Positions 29,126 through 39,865 of a stretch of DNA of 64,000 bases are shown here, one piece after another (position 1 is the stretch's first letter; each line of letters begins with the position of its first letter). The notes below the pieces were generated by a model. That model made no database searches. It was not told the origin of the DNA and saw nothing but the letters and a program-made list of their open reading frames with translations. The position numbers and the translations under genes were made by a program. This DNA is from an uncultured Candidatus Rokubacteria bacterium (lineage in GTDB: Bacteria; Methylomirabilota; Methylomirabilia; Rokubacteriales; CSP1-6). Location: the NCBI GenBank assembly GCA_963771355.1, contig CAVYTA010000004.1, forward strand, positions 160,001 through 224,000, read 5' to 3'.

Positions 29126-30114
29126 AGCCCTTCGCCTACACGCGCGCCGCCGACGTGCGCGCGGCCGTCACCGCCGCCGGTCGCGGCTCCGACGTACGCT
29201 TCCTCGCGGGGGGCACCAACCTCGTCGATCTCATGAAGCAAGGCGTGGAGGAGCCCGGCCATCTCGTGGACGTCACCCGGCTGCCCCTCGCCGAGATCGA
29301 GGAGGGGGACGGCGGCGGCGTCCGCGTGGGCGCGCTCGCTCGGAACACCGACGTGGCCCGCCACCCGCTCATTCGCCAGCGTTACCCGGTGCTGACGGAG
29401 GCTCTGCTGTCCGGCGCCTCGCCCCAGCTCCGTAACATGGCCACGGTAGGCGGCAATCTCCTGCAGCGCACGCGCTGCCCCTACTTCACCGATCCCGCCT
29501 TCGCCGAGTGCAACAAGCGGCGACCCGGCTCCGGCTGCGCCGCGCGGCGCGGCTACACGCGCATGCACGCCATTCTCGGTGCGAGCGCGGAGTGCATTGC
29601 CACGCATCCCAGCGACATGGCGGTGGCGCTGGCGGTTCTGGACGCGGTGGTGGAGGTGCTCGGCCCCGATGGTGAGCGCGCCATCCCCATCGGCGACTTC
29701 CACCGGCTTCCCGGCCGGACGCCTCACGTGGAGACGGAGCTGCGCGCGGGCGAGCTGATCACCGCGGTGTACCTCCCCGCGAGGTCCTTCGCGGGACGGT
29801 CGCACTACTTGAAGGTGCGCGACCGCAGCTCGTTCGCCTTCGCGCTGGTGTCGGTGGCGGCCGCGCTCGACCTCGACGGCAGCGGGACGATCCGTGCCGC
29901 CCGTCTCGCCCTGGGCGGCGTCGCGCACAAGCCCTGGCGCGTCGTGGACGCCGAGGACGCGCTGGTCGGCCGGCGCGCCGAGGCCGGCGCCTATGGCGCG
30001 GCGGCGGAAGCCCTGTTGCGCGGGGCCGAGCCCTATCGCGACAACGCCTTCAAGGTCGAGCTGGCCCGGCGCAGCGTGCTACGCGCGCTGACGGTCACCG
30101 CGACCCGAGGCTGA
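29122..30114 (+). CDS. FAD-binding subunit (PaoB/YagS-like) with 4Fe-4S insert
   Basis: [45 protein letters not shown] overlap. Confidence 0.95.
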   Translation: MKPFAYTRAADVRAAVTAAGRGSDVRFLAGGTNLVDLMKQGVEEPGHLVDVTRLPLAEIEEGDGGGVRVGALARNTDVARHPLIRQRYPVLTEALLSGASPQLRNMATVGGNLLQRTRCPYFTDPAFAECNKRRPGSGCAARRGYTRMHAILGASAECIATHPSDMAVALAVLDAVVEVLGPDGERAIPIGDFHRLPGRTPHVETELRAGELITAVYLPARSFAGRSHYLKVRDRSSFAFALVSVAAALDLDGSGTIRAARLALGGVAHKPWRVVDAEDALVGRRAEAGAYGAAAEALLRGAEPYRDNAFKVELARRSVLRALTVTATRG

Positions 30115-30125
30115 GGAGGCCGTCG

Positions 30126-32333
30126 ATGCCGGACGTGGTGGGCAGCCCCCTCGAGCGAGTGGATGGCCGTGCCAAGGTGACGGGCGCCGCGACCTACACT
30201 GCCGATCACCACTTCCCCGACGTCGCCCATGCGGTCGTGGTGACGAGCGCCATCGCCCATGGACGTGTCGAGTCGGTCGACGCGGGCGCGGCCGAGGCCG
30301 TGCCCGGCGTCCTCGCGGTGCTCACGCACGAGAACGCGCCGCGGCTTCGGGGGCGTCTCGAGCGCGACGCCGACGGCAATCACGCCATCCACGCGCTGCA
30401 GGACGCGGCGGTCCGCTACGCCAATCAGCCCATCGCGGTGGTGGTGGCCGACAGCCTCGAGCAGGCGCGTGAGGGGGCGCGGCGCCTGGCCTTCGGCTAC
30501 GCGGAGACGCCACCGCAACTCGGCCTCGATCCCGCGCGGGGGCGTTCCTTCCGGCCCAAGCACGTCGTCGAGCAGAAGGCGGATACCGCGCGCGGCTCCG
30601 TGAAGACAAGCCTGGAGGGGAGCGCGCTCCGCCTCGAGCGCGTCTACACGACGCCGCTCCAGACCCACAATCCCATGGAGCCGCACGCGACGGTGGCGCA
30701 GTGGGAGGGCCCCCGGCGGCTCATCCTCCACGACTCCACCCAGGGACTCTTCGACTGCCGGGCCCGAGTGGCCCGCATCTTCGGCCTTCGCAAGGAGGGG
30801 GTGCGCGTGGTCTCGCCCTTCCTGGGCGGAGGCTTTGGAAGCAAAGGGCCGGTATGGTCGCACGTGATTCTGGCCGCCCTGGCCGCGAAGCATGTCGGCC
30901 GCCCGGTGAAGCTCGTCCTGGAGCGGCCGCAGATGTTCGGACCGGTGGGATGGCGCTCACGCACGCGGCAGACGGTGGCGCTGGGCGCCGAGCGCGACGG
31001 CACCCTCACCGCCGTCCACCACCACACCCTCGCGGAGACGTCGACGTTCGATGAGTTCATGGAGCCCTGCGGCCTGCCCGCCCGCATGCTCTACGCTTCG
31101 CGCGCGAACGTTACCACGCACCGGCTGGTGCGCTCCACCATCGCGACCCCGTCCTATGCGCGCGCGCCCGGCTGGGCCCCCGGCACCTTCGCGCTCGAAT
31201 GCGCCCTCGACGAGCTGGCCTGGGCGCTCGACATGGATCCCGTCGAGCTGCGCCTGCGCAACTACGCCGCGAAAGATCCGGAGACGGGGCGGCCATGGTC
31301 GAGCAACGCGCTGCGTGAGTGCTACCAGATCGGCGCCGCTCGCTTTGGCTGGCACCGGCGCGCGCCGCAACCGGGTGTGTGGCGCGACGGCACGTCCCGG
31401 GTCGGTTGGGGCATGGCGACGGCCGTCTACCCGACGCATCGGAGCGAGGCGTCCGCGCTTGCGCGGCTTCACGACGACGGCACCCTGGTCGTGGAGACCG
31501 GCAGCCAGGACCTCGGCACCGGCACCTACACCATCCTCACCCAGATCGCGGCGGATGCGCTCGGGGTTCCGCCCGCGCAGGTGCTCGTGCGCATCGGCGA
31601 CACCCTCTACCCGGAGAGCCCGATGTCGGGTGGCTCGCAGACGGCTGCCAGCGCGGGCTCCGCAGTGCAGAAGGTGGTGACGGCGCTCCGGGCCGAGCTC
31701 TTGCGGATGGCGATCGGCGATCCCGAGAGCCCGCTCTCCCGCGTACCCGCCGAGTGCGTGGGCATCGAAGAGGGGCGCCTCTTCGACTCCCGCGTCTCCG
31801 GGCGGGGCGAGCGTCTCGCGAACCTGCTCGCGCGGCAGGGACGAAGCCAGGTGGAGAAGCGAGCGGACTCCGCGCCGGGGTCGGAAGCGGAGCGGTACGC
31901 CATGTACGCCTTCGGCGCCCAGTTCGCCGAGGTCCACGTGGACGCTGATCTCGGTTGCCTCCGCGTCACCCGCATGACAGGAGTGTTCGACATCGGCCGG
32001 GCGCTCAATGCCCGCACCGCCCGCAGCCAGCTCATCGGCGGCATGGTGTGGGGCATCGGGATGGCTCTCACCGAGGACACCGTGATGGACGGCCGGCTGG
32101 GCCGTGTCGTGAACGGCAATCTCGCCGACTATCACGTGCCCGTGGAGGCCGACGTGCCCGATCTGGACGTGTCCTGGATCGGCGCGCCCGACGAGCGCGC
32201 CAATCCCGTGGGCGCCAAGGGCATCGGCGAGCTCGGCATCACCGGCGCCGCCGCCGCCATCGCCAACGCCGTCTTCCACGCTACCGGCCGCCGCGTGCGC
32301 GATCTACCGATTACCCTCGACAAGCTGCTCTAG
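30126..32333 (+). CDS. Molybdopterin-binding subunit (PaoC/YagR-like)
   Basis: RVDGRAKVTG, HNPMEPH, GGGFGSKG, QDLGTG, GAKGIGELG, RVRDLPIT. Confidence 0.95.
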   Translation: MPDVVGSPLERVDGRAKVTGAATYTADHHFPDVAHAVVVTSAIAHGRVESVDAGAAEAVPGVLAVLTHENAPRLRGRLERDADGNHAIHALQDAAVRYANQPIAVVVADSLEQAREGARRLAFGYAETPPQLGLDPARGRSFRPKHVVEQKADTARGSVKTSLEGSALRLERVYTTPLQTHNPMEPHATVAQWEGPRRLILHDSTQGLFDCRARVARIFGLRKEGVRVVSPFLGGGFGSKGPVWSHVILAALAAKHVGRPVKLVLERPQMFGPVGWRSRTRQTVALGAERDGTLTAVHHHTLAETSTFDEFMEPCGLPARMLYASRANVTTHRLVRSTIATPSYARAPGWAPGTFALECALDELAWALDMDPVELRLRNYAAKDPETGRPWSSNALRECYQIGAARFGWHRRAPQPGVWRDGTSRVGWGMATAVYPTHRSEASALARLHDDGTLVVETGSQDLGTGTYTILTQIAADALGVPPAQVLVRIGDTLYPESPMSGGSQTAASAGSAVQKVVTALRAELLRMAIGDPESPLSRVPAECVGIEEGRLFDSRVSGRGERLANLLARQGRSQVEKRADSAPGSEAERYAMYAFGAQFAEVHVDADLGCLRVTRMTGVFDIGRALNARTARSQLIGGMVWGIGMALTEDTVMDGRLGRVVNGNLADYHVPVEADVPDLDVSWIGAPDERANPVGAKGIGELGITGAAAAIANAVFHATGRRVRDLPITLDKLL

Positions 32334-32379
32334 CCCAGGGCGTGCGCGCCACGCCCCCGTCGCCCCCCCGGGGCCGCCT

Positions 32380-32814
32380 TCAGTCGTTGGGCGGCGCGGC
32401 GCTGATCTCCCCCAGGCAGGAGTCGGGGTCGCGCTCGAGGGCGAGGTCGCCCAGGGACACGATGCCGACGGGTCGCCCGCTCTCCACCACGGGCAGACGC
32501 CTGATGGAGCGCTCACGCATGAGGGCTACCGCGGCGTCGACGGGCTCGTCGGGGGAGATGGTCGTGAGCTCGCGGCTGGCGACATCACCGACGGGCGTCT
32601 GGCTGGGGTCCCAGCCCTCCGCTACGGCGCGCACGACGATGTCGCGGTCGGTGAGAATACCCGTGATCAGCTCCCCTTCTAGCACGATCACGTTGCCGAT
32701 GCCGGCGTCGCGCATGTGGCGCGCCGCCTGCTCGAGAGTGGTGGTGGCGGCTACCGTCACGGGCTCAGGCGTCATGACGTCGCGGATGGAGTCGCCCCGC
32801 AGTTCGATCTTCAT
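32380..32814 (-). CDS. CBS domain pair protein
   Basis: DVMT, GILTDRDIVVR, IRRLPVV, GIVSLGDLA. Confidence 0.93.
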   Translation of the reverse strand: MKIELRGDSIRDVMTPEPVTVAATTTLEQAARHMRDAGIGNVIVLEGELITGILTDRDIVVRAVAEGWDPSQTPVGDVASRELTTISPDEPVDAAVALMRERSIRRLPVVESGRPVGIVSLGDLALERDPDSCLGEISAAPPND

Positions 32815-32869
32815 GGGTGCACCTCGCTGGTTCGAAGGTGGTGGTTCCGCTCACGCATGCCCTCCGTCA

Positions 32870-32885
32870 GGCAAGTGACATGCCA
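32870..32885 (-). promoter_or_regulatory. Sigma-54 promoter of the CBS gene
   Basis: Minus strand TGGCAT-GTCAC-TTGCC, 55 nt upstream of ATG 32814. Confidence 0.7.
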
Positions 32886-33017
32886 TGAATGAGCGCCGCG
32901 CATGGTTCCCCTCTCGGGTGAAAACGCGGCGCGGCGCGACTTATTGCGGGGGCGAAAGGCGGAAGCGGGCGCTTCCGACCGGGTAGGTTCGGGCCGCCGG
33001 GTGGTTGCTGCGGCTGA

Positions 33018-34016
33018 CTACGGCGCGCAGGCGCGGATGGCGTCGACGAAGGCCGCGCGGGCGCCGGCGCCGCGGGCCCGGGGGCTGATGATGGGGAGCG
33101 TGAGGCCGGCGGCGCGGTATTCATCGATACGCGCGCGGCACTCTGCCGCCGTGCCGACCACGCCCACCGCGCCGGCCATGGCATCGGGCACCGCGCGCGC
33201 GGCGCCCTCGCGGTCACCGGCCTGCCAGGCGGTCTGGATCGCGCGCGCCGCCTCGGGGAAGCCCGCCTCCGCGATCAGGCGGTTATAGCGGGGGAAGAAG
33301 CCGGCGTACATGGCGACGGCGGGGCGCATCCGGTCGAGGCCCTCCGCGCGGCTCGGCGCGATCACGCAGGGCAGGAGCGAGGTCACCTCGACCGCGTCCG
33401 GCGCGCGGCCGGCGCGACGCGCGCCCGCGGCCACGTGGGCGGCGGCGCGGGCCGGCGCCTCCAGCGTGCTCCAGGTGAGGATGAGGCCGTCGGCGATCTC
33501 GCCGCACACTTCCAGCATGGGCGGGAAGAGCGCGGAGAGATAGATGGGAATGACGCGGCGGTGGGGCGTGAACCAGAGGTCGAAGCGATCGATTTGAAGC
33601 ACGTCACCTTGGTAAGTCACCTCGCCGTCGCGCAGCAGCGCGCGGATGGCCTCCACACTCTCGCGCACCCGCGCGATGGGCTTGGCATAGGGCAGGCCGT
33701 GCTCGCCCTCCACCTGCACGCGGTGACTCGAGCCCAGGCCCAGCACGAAGCGACCGCCGGAGAGCGCGTCCACCGTGGCCGCCGCCATGGCGATGGTGGG
33801 CACGCTGCGCACGAAGACGCTGCTGATGCTGGTGCCCAGGCGAATGCGTGTCGTGGCCGTCGCGCAGGCGGCGAGAATGGCGAACTGGTCGCCGCCATGG
33901 CCCTCGGCCACCCAGGCGGACTCGTAGCCGAGATCCTCCGCCAGGCGCACGCAGTCGACGATCTCCGGCGCGGTGAGGCCGCCGCTCACCGCCACGCCGA
34001 TGCGCGGGGGCGCCAC
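33018..34016 (-). CDS. LLM-class oxidoreductase (Mer/F420-dependent-like)
   Basis: AEDLGYESAWVAE, RIRLGT, SGGRFVLGLG, GEIADG. Confidence 0.88.
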   Translation of the reverse strand: MAPPRIGVAVSGGLTAPEIVDCVRLAEDLGYESAWVAEGHGGDQFAILAACATATTRIRLGTSISSVFVRSVPTIAMAAATVDALSGGRFVLGLGSSHRVQVEGEHGLPYAKPIARVRESVEAIRALLRDGEVTYQGDVLQIDRFDLWFTPHRRVIPIYLSALFPPMLEVCGEIADGLILTWSTLEAPARAAAHVAAGARRAGRAPDAVEVTSLLPCVIAPSRAEGLDRMRPAVAMYAGFFPRYNRLIAEAGFPEAARAIQTAWQAGDREGAARAVPDAMAGAVGVVGTAAECRARIDEYRAAGLTLPIISPRARGAGARAAFVDAIRACAP

Positions 34017-34020
34017 CGCG

Positions 34021-35124
34021 CTACGCGACCCGGTAGCGCGCGATCACCGCGGGGTCGGGGTCGGCGCCGAGGCCGGGCCCCGGCGGGACCGCGAGCTTCC
34101 CGCCGCGCGCCGCGGTGGCGCCACCAAAAAGATCGGGCTCGAGGTCGCAGTAGATCCGCTCCACGAGCGGCTCGCGCGGCTGGGCGGCCAGGAATTGCAG
34201 CGTGGCCAGGAGGCCGGGGCCGAAGTAGGGCGAGTGCGGCACGAGCGTCACGCCGGCGGCCTCGGCCAGCGTGGCCACCTCGCGCAGCGCGGAGAGGCCG
34301 CCGATCTTGGTGACGCTGGGCTGGGCGTAGGTGACGGCCCCCGCGTCGAACATGTGCTTGAAGTCGATGGGATTGCTCGTGTTCTCGCCGGCGGCGAGCG
34401 CGATGCCCCCCTCCACGCGCACGCGCGCCAACCCCGCCCAGTCCTCCGGCGGCCACACCGGCTCCTCCAGCCAGAGGAGATCGTGCGGGCGGAAGCGCCG
34501 CGCCATCTCGAGCGCCTCGACGGGCGTCCAGGGACAATTGGTATCCACCGTGAGCTTCATCTCGGGCCCGCCCGCCTCGCGCGCGGCGCGCACCGCGGGC
34601 TCGGTCACCTCGTGGAGCTTCACGTAGCGATAGCCCCGCTTCACCGCGTCCTCGGTGAGGCGCCCGACCACCGGGGCGTCGCCATAGCGGAAGAGGCTCG
34701 CATAGGCGGTCACCTCGGTGCGCGCGCCTCCGCCGAGCAGCCGGTGCAGCGGCAGCCCCGCCGCCTTGCCCGCGAGGTCCCAGAGCGCGATGTCGAGGCC
34801 CGAGAGCGCGAAGATCAGCGGGCCGCCGCGGCCCAGGTTGTGGAAGCGCTTCTGGATCTCGAGCCGGGTGGCGGCGATCTGGGTGGCGTCCCGGCCCACG
34901 CAGAAGGGCGCGATGAGCGAGTCGAGCGCGGCCTTGGTCGATTCATTCACCGCGTAGCCGAACGCCTCGCCCCAGCCGGTGAGGCCCGCGTCCGTGTCCA
35001 CGCGGACGAGGAGGATGTCCACGGTGGAGAAGACACGGCCGAAGAACCCGGTGGGCGGGCCGGGCTGGGTGAAGGGCAGCTTCACGATGGTGGACTCCAC
35101 GCGGACGATCTTCACGGGGCGCAC
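34021..35124 (-). CDS. Mandelate racemase/muconate lactonizing enzyme family
   Basis: GLTGWGE, DIALWDLAGK, KLH, VDTN, WLEEP, AGEN, PH; start may be the next GTG. Confidence 0.92.
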   Translation of the reverse strand: MRPVKIVRVESTIVKLPFTQPGPPTGFFGRVFSTVDILLVRVDTDAGLTGWGEAFGYAVNESTKAALDSLIAPFCVGRDATQIAATRLEIQKRFHNLGRGGPLIFALSGLDIALWDLAGKAAGLPLHRLLGGGARTEVTAYASLFRYGDAPVVGRLTEDAVKRGYRYVKLHEVTEPAVRAAREAGGPEMKLTVDTNCPWTPVEALEMARRFRPHDLLWLEEPVWPPEDWAGLARVRVEGGIALAAGENTSNPIDFKHMFDAGAVTYAQPSVTKIGGLSALREVATLAEAAGVTLVPHSPYFGPGLLATLQFLAAQPREPLVERIYCDLEPDLFGGATAARGGKLAVPPGPGLGADPDPAVIARYRVA

Positions 35125-35222
35125 CTCCGGCGCGCATTATCCTCGGACGGGCGCGGCGAGGCAACCGGCGGCGCCCGGCGGCGCTCTTGTCCGCGCGCAC
35201 CGCCTGTGGCATGGTCCCGGCC

Positions 35223-36308
35223 ATGAAGATCAGCTCGGTCGTGGTCCATCGTCTCTCGGTGCCGCTGCCGCGCCCGGTGCGCACCGCCATCCACAACCAC
35301 GCGCATGCCGACACCGTGGTGGTGGAGCTGCGGAGCGACGCGGGCGCGGTGGGCTCGGGCTATTGCTTCGCCTTCGGCGCCAAGCGTGCCGCCGCTCTCG
35401 CCGCGCTGGTGGAGGACCTCGTGCCCTTCTACGAGGGCAAGGACCCGGCGGCGGTGGTGGCCCACTTCGAGGCGGCCTGGCGGTCCATCAACTTCATCGG
35501 GCACTCCGGCCTGGCGGTGATCGCGCTCTCGGCGCTCGACACCGCGTGCTGGGACCTGGCCGCGCGCGCGGCGGGCCTGCCGCTCTACCGCTATCTCGGC
35601 GGCGAGAAGACACGGGTGCCCACCTATGCCTCCTCCGGTCTCTGGATCGACTACTCCGTCGGCCAGCTCCTCGCCGAGGCCGACCAGTTCCGCAACCAGG
35701 GCCATCGCGCCATGAAGATGCGCGTGGGCGGCCCTGATCCCCGGGTCGACGTGGAGCGGGCGCGGCTCCTGCGCGAGGCGCTGGGCCCGGAGATCAAGCT
35801 GCTCGCCGACGTGAACCAGGGCTGGGACGAGCCCACGGCCATCCGCGTGGGGCGCGAGCTGGAGGCGGCCGCCGATCTCTACTGGCTGGAGGAGCCCCTG
35901 CCCTATGAAGACCTCGAGGGCTGCGCGCGCGTGGCCGCCGCGCTCACCATGCGCATTGCCACCGGCGAATCCGACTACGGCAGCCTGGGCATGAAGCGCC
36001 ACCTGGACGTGCGCGCCGCCGACGTGCTCATGCCCGATCTCCAGCGCATGGGCGGGATCACGGAGTATCGCCGCGCGGGCGATCTCTGCCGCGCCTATGG
36101 CCAGCCCGTCTCGTCCCACCTCTTCATGGAGGCCTCCTGCCACGTGCTCGCGGCGGCGCCGAACGCGCTCATCCTCGAGCACATGGACTGGTGGCAGGGG
36201 CTCTTCACCGAGCCGCTCCGCATCGAGGACGGCTGCGTGCTCGTGCCCGATCGGCCCGGCATCGGCGTGGAGCTCGACCCGAAGGCGCTAGCGCGCTTTC
36301 GCGCCTGA
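35223..36308 (+). CDS. Mandelate racemase/muconate lactonizing enzyme family
   Basis: DTACWDL, KMRVG, DVNQ, WLEEP, TGES, MPD, SSH, PGIG. Confidence 0.92.
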   Translation: MKISSVVVHRLSVPLPRPVRTAIHNHAHADTVVVELRSDAGAVGSGYCFAFGAKRAAALAALVEDLVPFYEGKDPAAVVAHFEAAWRSINFIGHSGLAVIALSALDTACWDLAARAAGLPLYRYLGGEKTRVPTYASSGLWIDYSVGQLLAEADQFRNQGHRAMKMRVGGPDPRVDVERARLLREALGPEIKLLADVNQGWDEPTAIRVGRELEAAADLYWLEEPLPYEDLEGCARVAAALTMRIATGESDYGSLGMKRHLDVRAADVLMPDLQRMGGITEYRRAGDLCRAYGQPVSSHLFMEASCHVLAAAPNALILEHMDWWQGLFTEPLRIEDGCVLVPDRPGIGVELDPKALARFRA

Positions 36309-36395
36309 GCGCGCACCGCGCGATCCCGGTCCGTGTAATACTGGGCCGCCACCAGGCGCTATGCGTCAACGATGCCACCCGCAAGGCGACGTAGC

Positions 36396-36845
36396 ATGCA
36401 CCGACTGACGTTGCTGCTGTGCTCGTTGATCCTCGCGACCGGGCTTGTTCCCGCCTTCGCGCAGCCGGCCGTGGAAGCCCAGAAGAAACTGCAAGGGACC
36501 TGGACAGCAACAAAGGCGGAGCGCGACGGCAGCGCCGCCGCTGACGTTGTCGGACATCGGCTCTCCGTTACCGGCAACCGCTTCCAGATCCAGTCCCAGG
36601 ACGGCCAGCGTCTCCACGCGGGAACCGTCCGGCTCGACCCGAGCGCGAAGCCCGCGGCCATTGACTTCGAGCATACGGAAGGGGCCCTCGGGGGGAAGGC
36701 GTGGAAGGGGATCTATGCTCTGGCCGGCGACACCCTGAGGGTGTGCGACAACGCACCCAACCTGGACAAGGGCCGGCCCGCCGCATTCGAGGCCCCACGT
36801 GGCTCCGGGTATGTCCTCATCACGTTCAAGCGCGAGAAGCGCTGA
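36396..36845 (+). CDS. TIGR03067-domain secreted protein
   Basis: Signal peptide; LQGTW, LDPSAKPAAID, GIYALAGDTLRVC, RPAAF. Confidence 0.85.
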   Translation: MHRLTLLLCSLILATGLVPAFAQPAVEAQKKLQGTWTATKAERDGSAAADVVGHRLSVTGNRFQIQSQDGQRLHAGTVRLDPSAKPAAIDFEHTEGALGGKAWKGIYALAGDTLRVCDNAPNLDKGRPAAFEAPRGSGYVLITFKREKR

Positions 36846-36875
36846 CACTAGAAAAGACATCAGGGGAGGGCGAAT

Positions 36876-38480
36876 ATGTGCAAACGGTGTGACGAGGGAA
36901 TGCCGCAAGACCACACCACTTCACTCGGCCGTTCACGGCGCGATTTTCTGAAGGCCTCGAGCGCGGCGGCGGTCTCCGCCGCGGGGATGAGCTTCCTGAG
37001 CGCGTCGCCGGCCGAGGCCAAGCCCGACGGAGGACCTCCCGCCGACACCGGCGCGCGCCGGCGCCGCTATGTCATTCGCGGCGGGCACGTCATGTCGATG
37101 GACCCGCAGGTGGGTGACTTCGCCCAGGGGGACGTGCTGGTCGAGGGGACGAAAATCGTCGCCGTCGGGCCGAATCTGAAGCCGGGTTCGGGAGCGGGTG
37201 TCATCGACGCGACCGGCTGCATCGTGATGCCCGGCTTCATCGATACGCATCACCATCAGTTCGAGACCGCGCTGCGCAGCTTTCTCGCCAACGGCATCCT
37301 GATCAACGACGGCTCCGGCTCGCCGAGCGCGGATCCCACGTACTTCGAATACATTCTGCTCAAATTCGCGCCGGTGTACCGGCCGGAAGACGTGTACATC
37401 AACGAGCTATTCGGCGGACTGGCGCAGCTCGACGGCGGCGTCACCACGGTGCACGACATCTCGCAGATCCATCACTCGCCCCAGCACTCCGACGCCGCCA
37501 TCCAGGCGCTGTTCGACACGGGGCGCCGAGCCGCGTTCGGCTATTTCGAGAGTGCTGGTGGCGTGACCGGGAACCAGTATCCGCAGGACGCGAACCGGAT
37601 CAAGCAGCAGTGGTTTTCCTCGAGCGACCAGCTCGTTCACATGATCATGGGCGGGGAGGTGTACCTGGGGGAACCGACCTACACCCAGGCCTGGAACATC
37701 GGGCGCCAGCTCGATCTTCAGATTGCGGCGCACATCCTGTCGCCATTCGGCATCCGCCCGATCCTGGACGATCTCGCCCAGGGCACGGGCGGCGTCAACA
37801 ACGACATCGCGCTCGGCCCCGACAATCTGTTCATCCACATGACGGGGATGTCCGACCTCGGCTGGCAGGGAGTCAAGGACGCCGGCGCGCAGGTCTCGAT
37901 CTCCTTCCCGATCGAGATGAACATGCGGCACGGCACTCCACCCATCCTCAAGATGCAGCGCCTGGGCATGGAGCCGTCCCTGAGCTCCGACGTCGAAGTC
38001 ACCATGACGGCGGACTTCTTTACCCAGATGCGCTCCGCGATGACCATGCAGCGCATGGTCGTGAACCAGATGATCCTCGACCAGGGGACCTTCACCCCGC
38101 CCAACCAGTGGCCGACGCCGGCTCCCGGCACGCCGCCGCTTCTCAATGTGCGCGACGTGCTGCGGTTCGCCACCATCAACGGGGCGAAGCACCTGCGACT
38201 GGACGGCAAGACCGGCTCGCTCACGCCCGGCAAAGAGGCGGACATCATCCTGCTCGACGCCACCGCGCTCAACGTGGCGCCGCTCAACAACGTGCCGGGA
38301 GCGGTGGTGTCGCTGATGGACCGTGCCAACGTCGAGACGGTGATCGTGGCGGGCACGGTCCGGAAGTGGAAGGGAAAGCTGCTCGGCGTCGATCTGAACC
38401 ATCTTCGCCGGCAGCTCGAAGCCTCGCGCGACCATGTCTTTGCCGCGGCGGGCATCGCGCAGAACGTGTTCGGTCAGTAG
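36876..38480 (+). CDS. Tat-exported metal-dependent amidohydrolase
   Basis: SRRDFLK twin-arginine signal; MPGFIDTHHH, SSD, ATINGA, GSLTPGKEAD. Confidence 0.9.
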   Translation: MCKRCDEGMPQDHTTSLGRSRRDFLKASSAAAVSAAGMSFLSASPAEAKPDGGPPADTGARRRRYVIRGGHVMSMDPQVGDFAQGDVLVEGTKIVAVGPNLKPGSGAGVIDATGCIVMPGFIDTHHHQFETALRSFLANGILINDGSGSPSADPTYFEYILLKFAPVYRPEDVYINELFGGLAQLDGGVTTVHDISQIHHSPQHSDAAIQALFDTGRRAAFGYFESAGGVTGNQYPQDANRIKQQWFSSSDQLVHMIMGGEVYLGEPTYTQAWNIGRQLDLQIAAHILSPFGIRPILDDLAQGTGGVNNDIALGPDNLFIHMTGMSDLGWQGVKDAGAQVSISFPIEMNMRHGTPPILKMQRLGMEPSLSSDVEVTMTADFFTQMRSAMTMQRMVVNQMILDQGTFTPPNQWPTPAPGTPPLLNVRDVLRFATINGAKHLRLDGKTGSLTPGKEADIILLDATALNVAPLNNVPGAVVSLMDRANVETVIVAGTVRKWKGKLLGVDLNHLRRQLEASRDHVFAAAGIAQNVFGQ

Positions 38481-38523
38481 AGGCGGACTCTGGCAATCCA
38501 TTGAATTCCTTCAGGAGGCTCTC

Positions 38524-38913
38524 ATGGCGACAGTGACGCAGCAGACCGGAGTCGAGGCGGACGTTCTCCGTGCCGACGACCGCCGTTTCGAGGCGATGCG
38601 CACGGGCGATTGGGCCGCCCTCGACGCCGCGCTCGCCGACGATCTGGTGTACGTCCACTCTACCGCGCGCCAGGAGTCGAAGGCCGAGCACATCGCGAAC
38701 CTCCGCGCCGGCCAGCCGCGATACCGCGGCATCGCGCCCCGCGAGCGACGGGCGCGCGTTCACGGCGGGGTCGGCCTGGTCCACGGCGTGTCGGACATGC
38801 ACGTGGAGCGGGACGGCAAGGAGAATCGCTTCACCGTCCGCTATCTGGCGGTCTACGCGAAGGCCGGGGAGCACTGGCGGATGATCGCCTGGCAGTCCAC
38901 GCGGCAGGACTAG
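38524..38913 (+). CDS. NTF2-like/DUF4440 protein
   Basis: AGGAGG RBS; D..AL...LADDLVYVHS, WRMIAWQST. Confidence 0.85.
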   Translation: MATVTQQTGVEADVLRADDRRFEAMRTGDWAALDAALADDLVYVHSTARQESKAEHIANLRAGQPRYRGIAPRERRARVHGGVGLVHGVSDMHVERDGKENRFTVRYLAVYAKAGEHWRMIAWQSTRQD

Positions 38914-38923
38914 GAGGCCCGGC

Positions 38924-39865
38924 ATGTCGGTGCTGGTGATCGGCGCGACGGGCTTCATCGGCCCGCGGCTCATCCGGCGGCTGGTCGCGCGAGGGGAATC
39001 GGTGGTCGGCATGGACGTGAACCCCGGCGCGGCGGCGTTCGGCGACGTGCCGATCGGCGCGCCCGTTACCCGCGGGGACGTCACACAATTCGAGGATGTG
39101 ATGCGGACCGTCCTCGACGTGAAGCCGGATCGGCTCATCAACCTCGCCTACGGTCTCGGAGCCGGCGAGGGCAACCCGCACCAGGTCATGCGCCTGGACA
39201 TTCTGGGGATGGACAACTGCTTCGAGGCCGCGCGCCTGGGTGGGGTCAAGCGGGTAGTCTACGCGAGCTCGATCGCGGTAAGCGGCCAGCAGAGCCACTT
39301 CGGCGACCGGCTCGTGAACGAGGACGATCCGACTCACGGCACCAGCCAGTACGCGATGCACAAGATCTTCAATGAGTTCCAGGCCCGCAAGTACATCACG
39401 AACTACGGAATGTCGATCACGGGCGTGCGCCCCGCCAACGTCACCGGTCCCGACAAGGTCCGCGGCTCGGTCGACCACGTGCAGATCATGGTCGACGCCG
39501 CGCGCGGCCGGCCGGTGCATCTCCCGAGCAAGGGGCTCATGCGCCTCATGATTCACGTGGAAGATATTGCCGAAGTGTTCACCCGCGTGCTCTTGGCCGA
39601 TGCGCCCCGCCACCCCCTCTACAACTCGGGCGGGATCCCGGTGAGCCTAGGGGAGCTGGCGGACATCGTGCGTGGGTTTCTCCCGGATGCGCAGATCACG
39701 TTTGCGAAGGAAAGCGGGCGCGAGGAGTCTGGCAACTATCTGGTGGACTGGAGCCGTCTGGCCAAGGAGTTCGGGATCGAGTACCCCGGGTTGCACACCC
39801 GTGTCCTCGAGGTGATCAACGAGGTCCGGCGCCAGGAGGGACTGCCCCCGGTGCCCGGGCGGTAA
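38924..39865 (+). CDS. NAD-dependent epimerase/dehydratase (extended SDR)
   Basis: GATGFIG, YASS, YAMHK (YxxxK), HVEDIA. Confidence 0.9.
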   Translation: MSVLVIGATGFIGPRLIRRLVARGESVVGMDVNPGAAAFGDVPIGAPVTRGDVTQFEDVMRTVLDVKPDRLINLAYGLGAGEGNPHQVMRLDILGMDNCFEAARLGGVKRVVYASSIAVSGQQSHFGDRLVNEDDPTHGTSQYAMHKIFNEFQARKYITNYGMSITGVRPANVTGPDKVRGSVDHVQIMVDAARGRPVHLPSKGLMRLMIHVEDIAEVFTRVLLADAPRHPLYNSGGIPVSLGELADIVRGFLPDAQITFAKESGREESGNYLVDWSRLAKEFGIEYPGLHTRVLEVINEVRRQEGLPPVPGR

